Shown here piece by piece: positions 29,897-39,723 of a stretch of 64,000 nt of DNA. Positions within the stretch are counted from its first letter, which is position 1; the number at the start of each line of letters is the position of its first letter. The DNA is from Candidatus Marinacidobacterales bacterium. Lineage in GTDB: Bacteria; Acidobacteriota; Vicinamibacteria; Marinacidobacterales; DATDRI01. The stretch lies in NCBI GenBank assembly GCA_965226495.1, contig OZ245365.1:3776001-3840000 (forward strand). Direction: 5' to 3'. Made by a program: the position numbers and the translations under genes. The notes below the pieces were generated by a model. That model had not been told where the DNA came from. It searched no databases and saw only the letters and a list, made by a program, of their open reading frames with translations.

Positions 29897-31234
29897 ATGT
29901 TCCATCGTGTATCAGGAAAGACTTTGATCGCCAGTTTGCTCCTGGCGGGGCTTATCGGCTGTGAACAGGCAACCCCGCCGCCCGCCGGTGAAGCATCGAA
30001 CACCGCTGCGTTTGTCGGTGCCACCATCATCGACGGGTCGGGCGCTGAGCCAATCGAGAACGGAGTCCTCGTCGTACGCAACGGCAAGATCACAGCGGTC
30101 GGTGATGTCGATACGACGGTTCCCGACGGTGCGGAGCGAATCGACTTGTCCGGCAAGACCATCATCCCCGGAATCATCGTCACTCACGGGCATGTCGGAC
30201 AAACCAAAGGACTCGAGTCCGGCCCCGAGAACTATACCAAGGAGAACGTGTTGGACCAGCTTGGCCGCTACGCGCGCTATGGGGTCACAACCGTGGTGAG
30301 TTTGGGGGGCGATCTGGAGCCCGGATTCCGGCTCAACGACGCACAAGAGACCGCCGACCTCGATCGAGCCAGACTCTACACCGCCGGGTCGGCACTCGCC
30401 GGACAAACCGCCGATGAGGCGGTAGCGCTAGTCGACGAGAAGGCCGACATGGGTGTGGACTTCATCAAGCTGCGAGTTGATGACAATCTCGGCACGATCG
30501 AAAAAGCATCACCGGAGTTCTACCAGGCTGCGATCAAGCGCGCTCACGAGCGCGGCTTGAAGGTCACGGCGCACCTCTACTACTTGGAAGATGCGAAGGG
30601 TCTTCTCAACGCCGACGTGGATTTCATCGCTCACAGCGTAAGAGATCAGGAAGTAGACGATGAGCTGATCAGTCTAATGAAGGAACGCAACGTCTGCCTC
30701 ACACCCACCCTCACTCGGGAGATGGTGAGTTTCGTTTACGAGGACGTCCCAGAGTTTTTCGAGGACCCTTTCTTCTTGAAGGAAGTAGACCCCGACATCA
30801 TCGAACAACTGAAAGACCCCGCGCGGCAGCAACGCGTCCGCGACAGCAAGGCGGCTCAAGCTTACAAGCAAGCACTGGTCGTGGCTTCCAAGAACGTCAA
30901 TACCTTGGCCGACAACGGGGTCACAGTAGCCTTCGGCACCGACAGTGGTCCGCCGTCTCGTTTCCAGGGCTACTTCGAGCACTTAGAGATGGAGCTCATG
31001 GCCGAGGCCGGGCTTGCGCCGATGCAAGTTCTGAGCGCTGCAAGCGGCAACGCAGCACGCTGTCTCGGGCTCGACGGTCTGGGCACGCTCTCGGCAGGAA
31101 ACTGGGCCGACTTTGTGGTTCTCAACAAGGACCCGCTAGCCGACATCAAAAACACGCGGAGCGTCGAGTCAGTTTGGATCGCGGGGAATGAGGTGCCGGG
31201 CCGTGAGGAGGCCGATAGCCCAGAAACGGAGTAG
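29897..31234 (+). CDS. Amidohydrolase family lipoprotein
   Basis: PGII.THGH, GVTTV, IK, AH, AH, FGTD, G..ADFVVL..DPL; lipobox LIGC. Confidence 0.85.
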   Translation: MFHRVSGKTLIASLLLAGLIGCEQATPPPAGEASNTAAFVGATIIDGSGAEPIENGVLVVRNGKITAVGDVDTTVPDGAERIDLSGKTIIPGIIVTHGHVGQTKGLESGPENYTKENVLDQLGRYARYGVTTVVSLGGDLEPGFRLNDAQETADLDRARLYTAGSALAGQTADEAVALVDEKADMGVDFIKLRVDDNLGTIEKASPEFYQAAIKRAHERGLKVTAHLYYLEDAKGLLNADVDFIAHSVRDQEVDDELISLMKERNVCLTPTLTREMVSFVYEDVPEFFEDPFFLKEVDPDIIEQLKDPARQQRVRDSKAAQAYKQALVVASKNVNTLADNGVTVAFGTDSGPPSRFQGYFEHLEMELMAEAGLAPMQVLSAASGNAARCLGLDGLGTLSAGNWADFVVLNKDPLADIKNTRSVESVWIAGNEVPGREEADSPETE

Positions 31235-31243
31235 CGAAACGCC

Positions 31244-31921
31244 CTACTGAAGAAGAGTCTCTTCGACAAGGGCTTCCGGTAGATTCACGGGATGGCCGAA
31301 GTACACGACGTTGCCCTTTCGATCGATCAAAACGCATCGGGGGATGGCTCGTACCCCATAGCTTTGAACAACGTTTGCCTGGAAATTTCCCTGGTCGAAC
31401 AGGAATAGAAAACTAAAGCCGCCATCGTCGATGTAGCCCAAAACGTCTTTGCTCGGCCCCTCGATGTTGACACCAATGACCTCTAGGCCTTGTTGCTGAA
31501 ATCTCTGATAGAGCTTCTCCACTGTGGGCATCGAAGAACGACAAGGACCACACCATGTCGCCCAAAAGTCGACGAGGACGGTCTTGCCACGGAAATCGGA
31601 AAGAGACACTCTACGACCGTGGCGATCTTCGAGCGCAAACGGCGGAGCGGGCGACCTCGTAGCGACGCTTCCTCGTGGTCTCGCAGGGATGAGGTCTCCA
31701 GTTTCAAGGGAGGAACCCTCTCGGACCATGTCGGCGGTAGAGGGCTCTGTCACCCCGGCGGCGGTGCTCTCGATGTCCTCGTCGGTCAAGGTCAGGACCG
31801 AGGCACCGCTGTTTTGTTTGCGGCGCTCCTTTTCCTTCTTCGCAACCTCGCCGAGCGATTGCCCGAGAACCAAAGCCGGAAGGAGCGAGAAAAGAGCCCC
31901 CGCGAGAACGCGCTTAAACAT
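31244..31921 (-). CDS. TlpA-family thioredoxin-like disulfide reductase
   Basis: [22 protein letters not shown]; signal peptide. Confidence 0.9.
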   Translation of the reverse strand: MFKRVLAGALFSLLPALVLGQSLGEVAKKEKERRKQNSGASVLTLTDEDIESTAAGVTEPSTADMVREGSSLETGDLIPARPRGSVATRSPAPPFALEDRHGRRVSLSDFRGKTVLVDFWATWCGPCRSSMPTVEKLYQRFQQQGLEVIGVNIEGPSKDVLGYIDDGGFSFLFLFDQGNFQANVVQSYGVRAIPRCVLIDRKGNVVYFGHPVNLPEALVEETLLQ

Positions 31922-32013
31922 TCGATCTCCTATTTTCAGGGAACACTACGATCTTAACATGGGGTCCGAGGTCCTTCAACGCTACCTGCGACCGGTCACG
32001 AGAAGACCTTCTA

Positions 32014-32478
32014 ATGACTGAACTTGATGGAATTCGCGATCAACTGCGAAGGGCCTTTCGGGGCGACGCATGGCACGGACAATCCCTTCAAGAGCTACTG
32101 GAAGGGGTTAGCGCTCGACGGGCAATGTCCCGTCCCATCACGAACGGGCACACGATTTGGGAGCTCGTGCTCCACATCACGGCCTGGACCGATATCCCTC
32201 GCCGTCGGATGGAGGGAGATCCCGTCGCCGATCCGTCGGTTGAACAAGACTGGCCTCCGGTGACCGCTTCCGATGAGCCTAAGTGGCAGGCAACGATCCA
32301 AAAACTCCAGCTTGCTCACGACCAGCTCCAAGAGGCGCTGGCCCGCTTCCCCGGGACCCGACTCTCCGAGATCGTTCCTGGCCGGAATCACTCTTTCTTT
32401 GTGATGTTGCACGGGGTCGTCCAGCATGGGTTGTACCATGCCGGCCAGATTGCTATGCTTAAGAAGGCAAAGGCATAG
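32014..32478 (+). CDS. DinB family protein
   Basis: AWHG, TIWELVLHI..W, DWP, H..YHAGQI. Confidence 0.88.
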   Translation: MTELDGIRDQLRRAFRGDAWHGQSLQELLEGVSARRAMSRPITNGHTIWELVLHITAWTDIPRRRMEGDPVADPSVEQDWPPVTASDEPKWQATIQKLQLAHDQLQEALARFPGTRLSEIVPGRNHSFFVMLHGVVQHGLYHAGQIAMLKKAKA

Positions 32479-32490
32479 CTCGCTTTTGAC

Positions 32491-32589
32491 TTGGACGCCC
32501 GCCGCTAAGGCTCACGACATAACCGCAAAGCGACGAAAAAACTGCGCGCGGGTCGGACTGCGCGTTGCCGGTGGCGACTGGGCGTCCGG
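32491..32589 (+). promoter_or_regulatory. Candidate structured leader upstream of the guaB-like gene
   Basis: TTGGACGCCC (32491-32500) pairs with GGGCGTCCGG (32580-32589); GCCGC pairs with GTGGC; inner hairpin GCGCGCGG-gtcgga-CTGCGCGT; the 3' arm abuts the GGAGG SD. Confidence 0.3.
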
Positions 32590-32606
32590 AGGAAGGAGAC
32601 ATCGCA

Positions 32607-34046
32607 ATGACCACCGAACTGAAGAAGGGGCTCACCTTCGACGATGTCCTCATCGAACCGCGTCGCTCCCGGGTGAGAAGTCGCAAGGAGGTGGAGACGC
32701 GCACTCAGTTCTCTCGCCACATCGATCTCAATGTCCCCATCGTCAGTGCCAACATGGAAACGGTGACCGAGGCGGACATGGCCATCGCCGTCGCGAGGGA
32801 CGGCGGCATCGGCGTGATCCACCGTTTCATGCCCATCGCCGAAGAAGTCGAGCAAGTCGCGCGCGTCAAGCGATCGGAGAACCTGGTCATCGAGCACCCG
32901 TACACGATATCCCCGCAGCAACGCTTGGCAGAAGCTCGTGAGATCATGGAGGCTCGAGGCGTCACTTCGTTGCTCGTGACGACCGAGGCCGGCAACCTCG
33001 CCGGAATCCTCACCCATCGCGACATCCTTTTCGTCGAGGAAGACTCGCGGCTCGTCTCGGACCTGATGACACCTGCGGCCAAGGTTGTCACTACACATGC
33101 AAGGGTGACCGTGGATGAAGCAAAGAAACTCTTTCTCGAACACAAAGTCGAGAAGTTTCCGATCGTCGACGACAAGGGTCGCCTACTCGGTCTCATTACT
33201 ATCGCCGACATCATCAAACGCGCCCGTTACCCGATGTCGACCAAGGATGCCAAGGGACGCCTTCGCGTCGCCGCTGCGGTGGGAGTACGCGCGGATTACC
33301 TCGAAAGGGCCCAGGCACTCGCCGATTCGGGAGTCGACGCACTGGTCGTCGACGTAGCGCACGGTCACTCCGATCAAGCGATCGACGTAGCAGAACAAAT
33401 CCGGAAGAAGCTTGGCGACATCGAGCTCGTCGTCGGGAACGTCGCCACCGCACGAGCGGTTCGTGATCTCATCGGGCTCGATGTGGATGCGATCAAAGTT
33501 GGAATAGGGCCGGGCTCGATCTGTGTGACCCGAATCGTCACCGGCTCGGGCGTTCCGCAGTTCTCGGCAGTTCAGGAATGTTCTCGCGAGGCGAACAAGC
33601 GTGGCGTCCCCATCATCGCCGACGGAGGCATCAGAAGCTCGGGCGACCTCACCAAAGCGATTGCCGCCGGTGCCTCGAGCGCCATGCTCGGCAGCATGTT
33701 GGCCGGCACAGAAGAGAGCCCTGGAGTCATGGTGATGCGCGGCGGACTCCGACACAAGGTCTGCTGGGGTAGTGCATCCTTTCGCGCTCAATGGGCGGGG
33801 CGAGGAGATTCACAACAGGATCCCGAGGAGCTTGCGGAAGTCGTGCCCGAAGGAGTCGAAGCGGTGGTTCCTTACAAAGGTCTCGTCTCCGAGGTAATCC
33901 ACCAACTGGTGGGAGGACTACGCTCGGGAATCAGTTATGCAGGGGGAAGGAACATCAAAGAGCTTCGAGAGAATGCTTCCTTCATTCAAGTCACTCCGGC
34001 GGGACTGAAAGAGGGACACACCCACGACGTCGAGCTGATTAAGTAA
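32607..34046 (+). CDS. IMPDH/GMPR family protein with CBS pair (guaB-like, possibly GMP reductase)
   Basis: [54 protein letters not shown]; lacks YRGMGS and the RY flap dyad. Confidence 0.88.
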   Translation: MTTELKKGLTFDDVLIEPRRSRVRSRKEVETRTQFSRHIDLNVPIVSANMETVTEADMAIAVARDGGIGVIHRFMPIAEEVEQVARVKRSENLVIEHPYTISPQQRLAEAREIMEARGVTSLLVTTEAGNLAGILTHRDILFVEEDSRLVSDLMTPAAKVVTTHARVTVDEAKKLFLEHKVEKFPIVDDKGRLLGLITIADIIKRARYPMSTKDAKGRLRVAAAVGVRADYLERAQALADSGVDALVVDVAHGHSDQAIDVAEQIRKKLGDIELVVGNVATARAVRDLIGLDVDAIKVGIGPGSICVTRIVTGSGVPQFSAVQECSREANKRGVPIIADGGIRSSGDLTKAIAAGASSAMLGSMLAGTEESPGVMVMRGGLRHKVCWGSASFRAQWAGRGDSQQDPEELAEVVPEGVEAVVPYKGLVSEVIHQLVGGLRSGISYAGGRNIKELRENASFIQVTPAGLKEGHTHDVELIK

Positions 34047-34208
34047 CCAACGGGCCAGAGGCCCGTCGGCCGCGAGGAATTGCCGAAGTAGAATGCGGAG
34101 GGCAAGGGAAGCGGCCGGGTTTTCGGCGCGAGCACAGCCCTGCGCCGATGCGCAGTCGCCAAGTCGACGAAGCATCGAGGCTTGGGGGTGGGGCCCCAAG
34201 CCATTGAT
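34047..34208. repeat. Structured dispersed repeat, copy B (inverted relative to copy A)
   Basis: The reverse complement aligns over about 160 nt with 27268-27433. Confidence 0.88.
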
Positions 34209-34219
34209 CCATTCCCGCA

Positions 34220-34694
34220 CTAGCTGCCTTCGGCCTGCTCCAGCTGGGGAATCAGTATCTCGAGCACCCGGGAGTGGCCGGGCGCCAGCACCAACGCTCG
34301 CTCATAAGCGGCTCGCGCTTCTCCCAGCTCTCCTTTTTGAGCCAGGACGAACCCGAGCCAAGTCTGAACCTCTACCCTCCCCCAATTTGGCCAGGGTTGG
34401 TCCGGTGGTTGCTTCTCGAAAAGTGCCTCCGCGCGGCGAAGCTCGGAAAGCGCTTTGTCGTTGCCGCCGCCGAAAAAACGCGGCTTGTAGAAACTCGCTA
34501 CCGCCCGGTTCAGAACGACTCTCGGGTTTTCCGGTGCCAATTTGGCGGCTCGGCCAAGTGCACCCTGCGCTTTGCGCCCCAGCGTGAGTTTTCCCCAGAC
34601 GTTTGCGATTTGGCCACCATAACTTGCTCGCAGAGTAGCGCAAGCGCTCGCCGAGCGACTGTGAGGAAATCCACAACTTTCCTCAGCCCGCGCT
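34220..34694 (-). pseudogene. Truncated, frameshifted TPR protein (C-terminal part)
   Basis: A..LAPENPRV...FYKP.FFGG..KA, WG..E...WLG, AYERAL..AP; no plausible start, and an apparent frame switch near 34630. Confidence 0.55.
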
Positions 34695-35927
34695 CTAGGG
34701 CGCGGCGAGGACCAGAGCAGCGTTCGTTCCGCCGAACCCAAACGAATTCGAAAGCGCCAGCCGAAGTTTCCGCGAGGTGGGAACCAGGACCGGAGGATAA
34801 TCCTCGAACTCGGGATCGAGTGGCTCCGCATTCACCGACGGAGCGATCCACCCTTCTCGAAGCATGGCAAGGGTGAAGATGGCTTCGATGGTGCCGGCGG
34901 CAGAGACGGGGTGCCCGGTGTAGCCTTTGGTGGACGAATAAGGCAGGCGTCGACCGTCAAAGATCTTGCGCATCGCTCGCACCTCGGCCGTGTCACCCAG
35001 GGGCGTGGACGTCGCGTGCGTGTTGATATAATCGATCTCCTCGGGAGCCACACCGGCATGTTCGAGCGCTCGCCGCATCGCGAGCACAGCACCGTCCGCC
35101 GAGGGCGCCACCATCTCGCGCGAACCGTCCGACGACATGCCGTACCCCCGTAGGACACCGAGGATGGGCGCGCCACGTCGCGTCGCGGACTCTCGTGTCT
35201 CGAGAACAACCAGGCCCGCGCCCTCGGAGAAAATGAAACCGGCTCGATCGGCGGCGTAGGGGCGCGATGCGCGCTCTGGGTGGTCGTTATCCTGACCGTT
35301 GTATGCGCGCATCGAGTCGAAACCGGCAAAGAAGTGAATATCGGCTACCTCCACACCGCCTGCGATAGCGCTTTCGACCCGACCTTGCTCGATGAGCTCG
35401 GCTGCAAGTAGAACGTTATAGGCTCCGCCCGCGCAGGCGGCGGTCGCGGAAAAGGAAGGGCCAGTAGTGCCCAGGAACATTGCCAGGTTCGCCGAGACCG
35501 TTGAAGCCATCAAACGTGGAATGATCGTCGGCGACACTCTTTTCGCATTCTTGGTCTTCGCGAGCTTGTTGTGGATCTCCACATGCGCGTCCACGTCGCC
35601 GGTCCCGCTTCCTACTACGACAGCTAGCTCGCCGCGCTCGACCCCGGATTGCTCGAGCGCAATCTGTGCGGCACGGGCCGCCATGAGAGCCGCCCTTCCC
35701 ATGAAGCGCGCCTGCTGCTTGTTGATCCCGAGGCTCGCGGGAGAAAGGTCGTTCGGGTACACCCCGATCAATTGGCATCGGGCACCGTATTCGACCGCCG
35801 GCGGCCAACGCGTAAACGGCGTCGCCCTTCCCTCTCGTAGCGCAGCTTCTATAGCCGGCAAGTCGTCGCCCATATGACAGCAGACGCCTCCCCCGGTAAT
35901 CACGACTTCACGCGATGGGTCTCTCAT
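34695..35927 (-). CDS. Beta-ketoacyl-ACP synthase (FabB/FabF family)
   Basis: VVITG, TAAC (catalytic Cys), SRPY..DRAGF..SEG, NTHATST..GD, STK..TGH, SNSFGFGGTNA. Confidence 0.9.
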   Translation of the reverse strand: MRDPSREVVITGGGVCCHMGDDLPAIEAALREGRATPFTRWPPAVEYGARCQLIGVYPNDLSPASLGINKQQARFMGRAALMAARAAQIALEQSGVERGELAVVVGSGTGDVDAHVEIHNKLAKTKNAKRVSPTIIPRLMASTVSANLAMFLGTTGPSFSATAACAGGAYNVLLAAELIEQGRVESAIAGGVEVADIHFFAGFDSMRAYNGQDNDHPERASRPYAADRAGFIFSEGAGLVVLETRESATRRGAPILGVLRGYGMSSDGSREMVAPSADGAVLAMRRALEHAGVAPEEIDYINTHATSTPLGDTAEVRAMRKIFDGRRLPYSSTKGYTGHPVSAAGTIEAIFTLAMLREGWIAPSVNAEPLDPEFEDYPPVLVPTSRKLRLALSNSFGFGGTNAALVLAAP

Positions 35928-36005
35928 CTCTTTCTACATCCCAACTGGGCACAACTGCGACACGAAAACCCGTTGAAGCTAATAGGGAGCTTGGCGAAGT
36001 CCGGT

Positions 36006-37145
36006 CTACGGCTCGATGCTAATCGGAACCACTTGATAGTCCACAGCGGCAGCGAAGACTGCGGTTCCGACGGTGATCGAGTGAACTCCCTGTAGTCCGT
36101 TGCTAGGGGTAACGGTGACCAAACCGGTGTCGAAATCAACCGTGTAGTCGAGATCCGCATGCGCTCTAGCCGGCACCGGAAGTCCGTTGGAATCGAGTTC
36201 GGTCTCGTCGAGAAAGAACGCTGCGTCTCCCTCCACATCGATCGCCCTCAGTTGCAAGGTCACCGGTGTATCGACTTTGGTCGAAACAGGAGGGATATCC
36301 GCCAGAAACGGATTGCTGTCCTCCGTGTCCGGTGAGACAGTCACCAGAAAAGCCCGACTAACCTGGGCTCCATCCGAGCTGGTCGCGGTGGCCGTGACGG
36401 TGGCTTGACCGCTCGTCCCCTCGGTCGCCGCGAGCATGAGGACAGCGTTCTGATTGTCCTTGAAGATCCGCACGGATTGCATGACGACATCCGTGATGGG
36501 ACGATCACCGGTGCCGACGGGAACGAAGCTGATCGCGTCCCGCACGTCTTCGCCCTCCACCAACAAACCAAAGATCGAATGGTTGAAATCGAGGTGCCGT
36601 GGGGCTCCTTCGGTAATGAAAAACTGCGAGTCGTTCGTGTCGTCGTCCGTTTTCGCCATCGAGAGGAGCCCGGTTCGGTTGTGCTGCAGATCGACGTGGA
36701 ACTGATCGTCGAAAGGACCCAGCGTCGAGCCGCCGGTACCGATTCCGGTGGGGTCACCGCCCTGGATGATGAAGTTATCGATCACACGATGAAAAATAAG
36801 ACCATTGTAGAAGCCGCTCTCGGCCAACCTGGTGATCTGGCGAGTCGCCCGAGGCGCCCGCTTCTCAAAAAGCTCGAAAACCATATCGCCGAAGCCCGCC
36901 ACGTTGATCCTCATGCTACGGTTCCCCTTGGTGACGGAGGTAGAAACGAGCTCACTATTGCTGGTGGCGGTGAAAGACAATGCCTGACCGCTCGGCTCAA
37001 ACCCGTCGAGCGGAATATGGAGAGGCGAGCCAGATAGCAGTGTGACGTCGGCGATGGGCTGGAGAGACGGAGCCTGGGCGGAGGCGAGTGCCGCGGTGCC
37101 GAATACAAACGCAAGTAATACCAAGTGTTGGAATTGTGTCTTCAT
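36006..37145 (-). CDS. Secreted cyclophilin-type peptidyl-prolyl isomerase flanked by Ig-like segments
   Basis: FY.GL.FHRVI.NFIIQGGDP.G.G.GG, LSMAK, SQFFIT, HLD..HSIFG; signal peptide from ATG 37145. Confidence 0.9.
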   Translation of the reverse strand: MKTQFQHLVLLAFVFGTAALASAQAPSLQPIADVTLLSGSPLHIPLDGFEPSGQALSFTATSNSELVSTSVTKGNRSMRINVAGFGDMVFELFEKRAPRATRQITRLAESGFYNGLIFHRVIDNFIIQGGDPTGIGTGGSTLGPFDDQFHVDLQHNRTGLLSMAKTDDDTNDSQFFITEGAPRHLDFNHSIFGLLVEGEDVRDAISFVPVGTGDRPITDVVMQSVRIFKDNQNAVLMLAATEGTSGQATVTATATSSDGAQVSRAFLVTVSPDTEDSNPFLADIPPVSTKVDTPVTLQLRAIDVEGDAAFFLDETELDSNGLPVPARAHADLDYTVDFDTGLVTVTPSNGLQGVHSITVGTAVFAAAVDYQVVPISIEP

Positions 37146-37394
37146 TGGTGTGTCTTTCCCTAGTCCTGAGCGGCGGTATCGGCCGCGGCCGTCAACGAAG
37201 TATAGCACTTACCACTAACTGACTATTTTGTAGCGGATTACGGCAAGAATCGCAAGCGCCTTGCCTCCCGAATGAAGTGTTCTAACCTGATCGACGCTGT
37301 CGGTCAAGCAGAATTCCTACCACTCTTCTACTCGACACACGCGCCGACTGGTGATAAAAGGGCATTTCACTTTCCAACCGGAGGAGACGAAATC

Positions 37395-38111
37395 ATGCGC
37401 AATTTAATCTTTTTCATAACTCTTGTTTCATTCGTGGGCTGCCAGCCGGCAGAGGAAGCTGCGTCGGACGCGGCAACGGAAGAAGCAGCCCCGGCCACCG
37501 ATTCCACGGACCCGACGGTGTCCGAGCCCAACAATTACAAGGTCGTGTTCGAGAACGATCGCGTGCGAGCGGTGCGAATCACGTACGCCGCCGGCGAAGA
37601 AACCGGAATGCACTCGCATCCCGCGTCGGTTTCGGTCTTTCTGACGGACGCCGAAGGCGTACTTGCCATGGAGGACGGGAGTGAACAGGAGTTCAACAGC
37701 AAGGCCGGAGACTCGATGTGGATGGACGCGCAGAGCCACCAGCCGAAAGCCAAGACGGACTTCGAGCTGATCCAGATCGAGCTCAAAGGCAGCGGGTCCG
37801 GAGCCGACGATGCGTCCGGAGAGTCGATGGATGCGACCGTTGTGGAGCCCAATCACTACAGGACGGTTTTGGAAAACGACAACGTGCGAGTCGTCAAGAT
37901 TACCTATGCCGCTAACGATGAGGCGGCTCTTCACTCACATCCGAACGCGGTCTTGGTTTCTCTGTCCGACGGCGAGTCGGAGCTTATCCTGGAGGACGGG
38001 ACGAAACGGGAGGCCAACTTCAAGGCCGGTAGTGCGGTGTGGGCCCCGGCGGAGACTCATCATGGGAAGGCCCATACAGCGTTGGACATGATCTTGGTCG
38101 AGCTCAAGTAA
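37395..38111 (+). CDS. Lipoprotein with two tandem cupin domains
   Basis: FVGC lipobox; two homologous halves, each D.TV.EPN.Y...END.VR...HSHP...H...IELK/VELK. Confidence 0.8.
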   Translation: MRNLIFFITLVSFVGCQPAEEAASDAATEEAAPATDSTDPTVSEPNNYKVVFENDRVRAVRITYAAGEETGMHSHPASVSVFLTDAEGVLAMEDGSEQEFNSKAGDSMWMDAQSHQPKAKTDFELIQIELKGSGSGADDASGESMDATVVEPNHYRTVLENDNVRVVKITYAANDEAALHSHPNAVLVSLSDGESELILEDGTKREANFKAGSAVWAPAETHHGKAHTALDMILVELK

Positions 38112-38128
38112 CGAAGTCTGTTCTTTCT

Positions 38129-38156
38129 GGGAGAGGAGCTAGGCAGCTCCTCTCCC
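38129..38156. terminator. Hairpin between convergent genes (likely terminator)
   Basis: GGGAGAGGAGCT-aggc-AGCTCCTCTCCC, a perfect 12-bp stem; no clear U-tract. Confidence 0.55.
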
Positions 38157-39668
38157 TCACTCTGCGACGCAATAACCACCGTTTTTCTCCTCGACTCGTC
38201 CCTCTTCTTGCAGCTTGATGAGCCCCGAGGTTAGCGAGCGACCCGCCATCTCCCACATTTTCTTATCCACGTCGATGTAGACCTTGCTCACCAGCTCCTC
38301 GACAGATTGCGGCTCACTGGAAAGCGCGGCCAACAGTTGATTCTCCCTTTGCTGACGGTGACGAAGCTGCGCCCGAATCGCCTTTCTTCCTTCGCGGGTG
38401 GGAGGCCCGTGTCCCGGATAGACGGTCCCCTGCGCCACCGACTCCAAAAACTCGAGAGATTCCAAATAGGTCGCGAGGTGACCGTCGCTGGGATCGATCA
38501 AGATGGAGGACAGCGTCGACAGCAGATCTCCTACGATCAGTGTTTGGTAGCGACTCTCTTGAAACGCGAGATGGCCCGGCGCATGCCCCGGCACGTGATA
38601 GGCGCGGAGCTTCCACCCCGGTTTCCCGTCGGGCGTGCTCCCCAAATCGAGGTCCTGTCCGTGTTCCACGGGATCTCCGAAGTCGAAGCCGTCGAGCTCT
38701 GCCATCGTGTCTCGATGCGCACGCACTGGAAGCTGGTAACGACGCTGACACTCCGCGACCGCCCCCACGTGGTCCGGGTGGTAGTGGGTTAGAAGAATCG
38801 CCTTCAAAGTCCGACCCTCGGCAATGAGCTCATCGAGAAGGTTCCACAGCTTCAACTGCTCGGTTGGATCCACCGGAGCAGGATCCACGATGTATACCTT
38901 ATCCTCCCCCACCAAGCACGTATTGGTGTGTGTGGCGGGCGGCTTGGTCGGGGTCTTGAGCGCGGCGAGGAGAACTCCCGGCGTGAAGTAGACATGATGA
39001 AGCTTCCCTTCGTCGTAGGACGTGAATAGCTGCATCCAATTCACGAAGTCCTTCTTGGTAGAATTCGCGAGGCGCTGGAGGAAGATGATCACCGGTGGCA
39101 CGATGAGCGCCTCGCCCGCTCGCCACTCGGCCAAGGCGTCCTTGGGCTTCGCGAAACCGCCGCCCACGAGCTCGCCGTCTATGATCTCCACCGTCGCAGA
39201 TTCGGGGAGCTGACAGCCCAGAAACCACGTGTCGTAGCGACGCGGCGTAAAAGGCGGCGTGGTGATGCGGCACAACGGCGTGAAGTCTGTCGCATCCAGC
39301 CGTTGGGCGCGCCAGGTCAGGAGCTCGAGAAACGTCACGTCGCCGGCCAACATGAGACGCCGATCCTCTTCGAGGGAGCGGCCGGATTCGTCGACTCCCC
39401 GACCCAACCAAACGCCGGTCTCCTCGAAGAGCTCTCGCGCTGCGGCCGCCACGAAGGTGGGAAAGTCTTCTCCAAGAGGCTGGCTACTACGCTCCGCCAA
39501 CCGGTCCAGGTTGTCGATGGGCACGGCAGCATCCTCCGGTTCGAGCGTCCCACCCGGAAAAGCCTGATAGCCTCCGAAGAAGGACAGCTTGGGATTCCGG
39601 TCCACCAACAGAACGTCTTCCCAGTTGTCGGTGCGACTCAACAAGATGCTGACAGCGATGCGGTTCAT
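38157..39668 (-). CDS. NUDIX hydrolase fused to a metallo-beta-lactamase-fold (LACTB2-like) domain
   Basis: FPGG...D, AAARELFEETG, TPP...RRYDT.F, then THYHPDHVG, PGHAPGH, GD, PGHG and a winged-helix tail. Confidence 0.85.
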   Translation of the reverse strand: MNRIAVSILLSRTDNWEDVLLVDRNPKLSFFGGYQAFPGGTLEPEDAAVPIDNLDRLAERSSQPLGEDFPTFVAAAARELFEETGVWLGRGVDESGRSLEEDRRLMLAGDVTFLELLTWRAQRLDATDFTPLCRITTPPFTPRRYDTWFLGCQLPESATVEIIDGELVGGGFAKPKDALAEWRAGEALIVPPVIIFLQRLANSTKKDFVNWMQLFTSYDEGKLHHVYFTPGVLLAALKTPTKPPATHTNTCLVGEDKVYIVDPAPVDPTEQLKLWNLLDELIAEGRTLKAILLTHYHPDHVGAVAECQRRYQLPVRAHRDTMAELDGFDFGDPVEHGQDLDLGSTPDGKPGWKLRAYHVPGHAPGHLAFQESRYQTLIVGDLLSTLSSILIDPSDGHLATYLESLEFLESVAQGTVYPGHGPPTREGRKAIRAQLRHRQQRENQLLAALSSEPQSVEELVSKVYIDVDKKMWEMAGRSLTSGLIKLQEEGRVEEKNGGYCVAE

Positions 39669-39723
39669 GGACCGCTATAATACAGCGAGCGCGCGAAACC
39701 GCGCCACGAAAGGAAACGTCACG

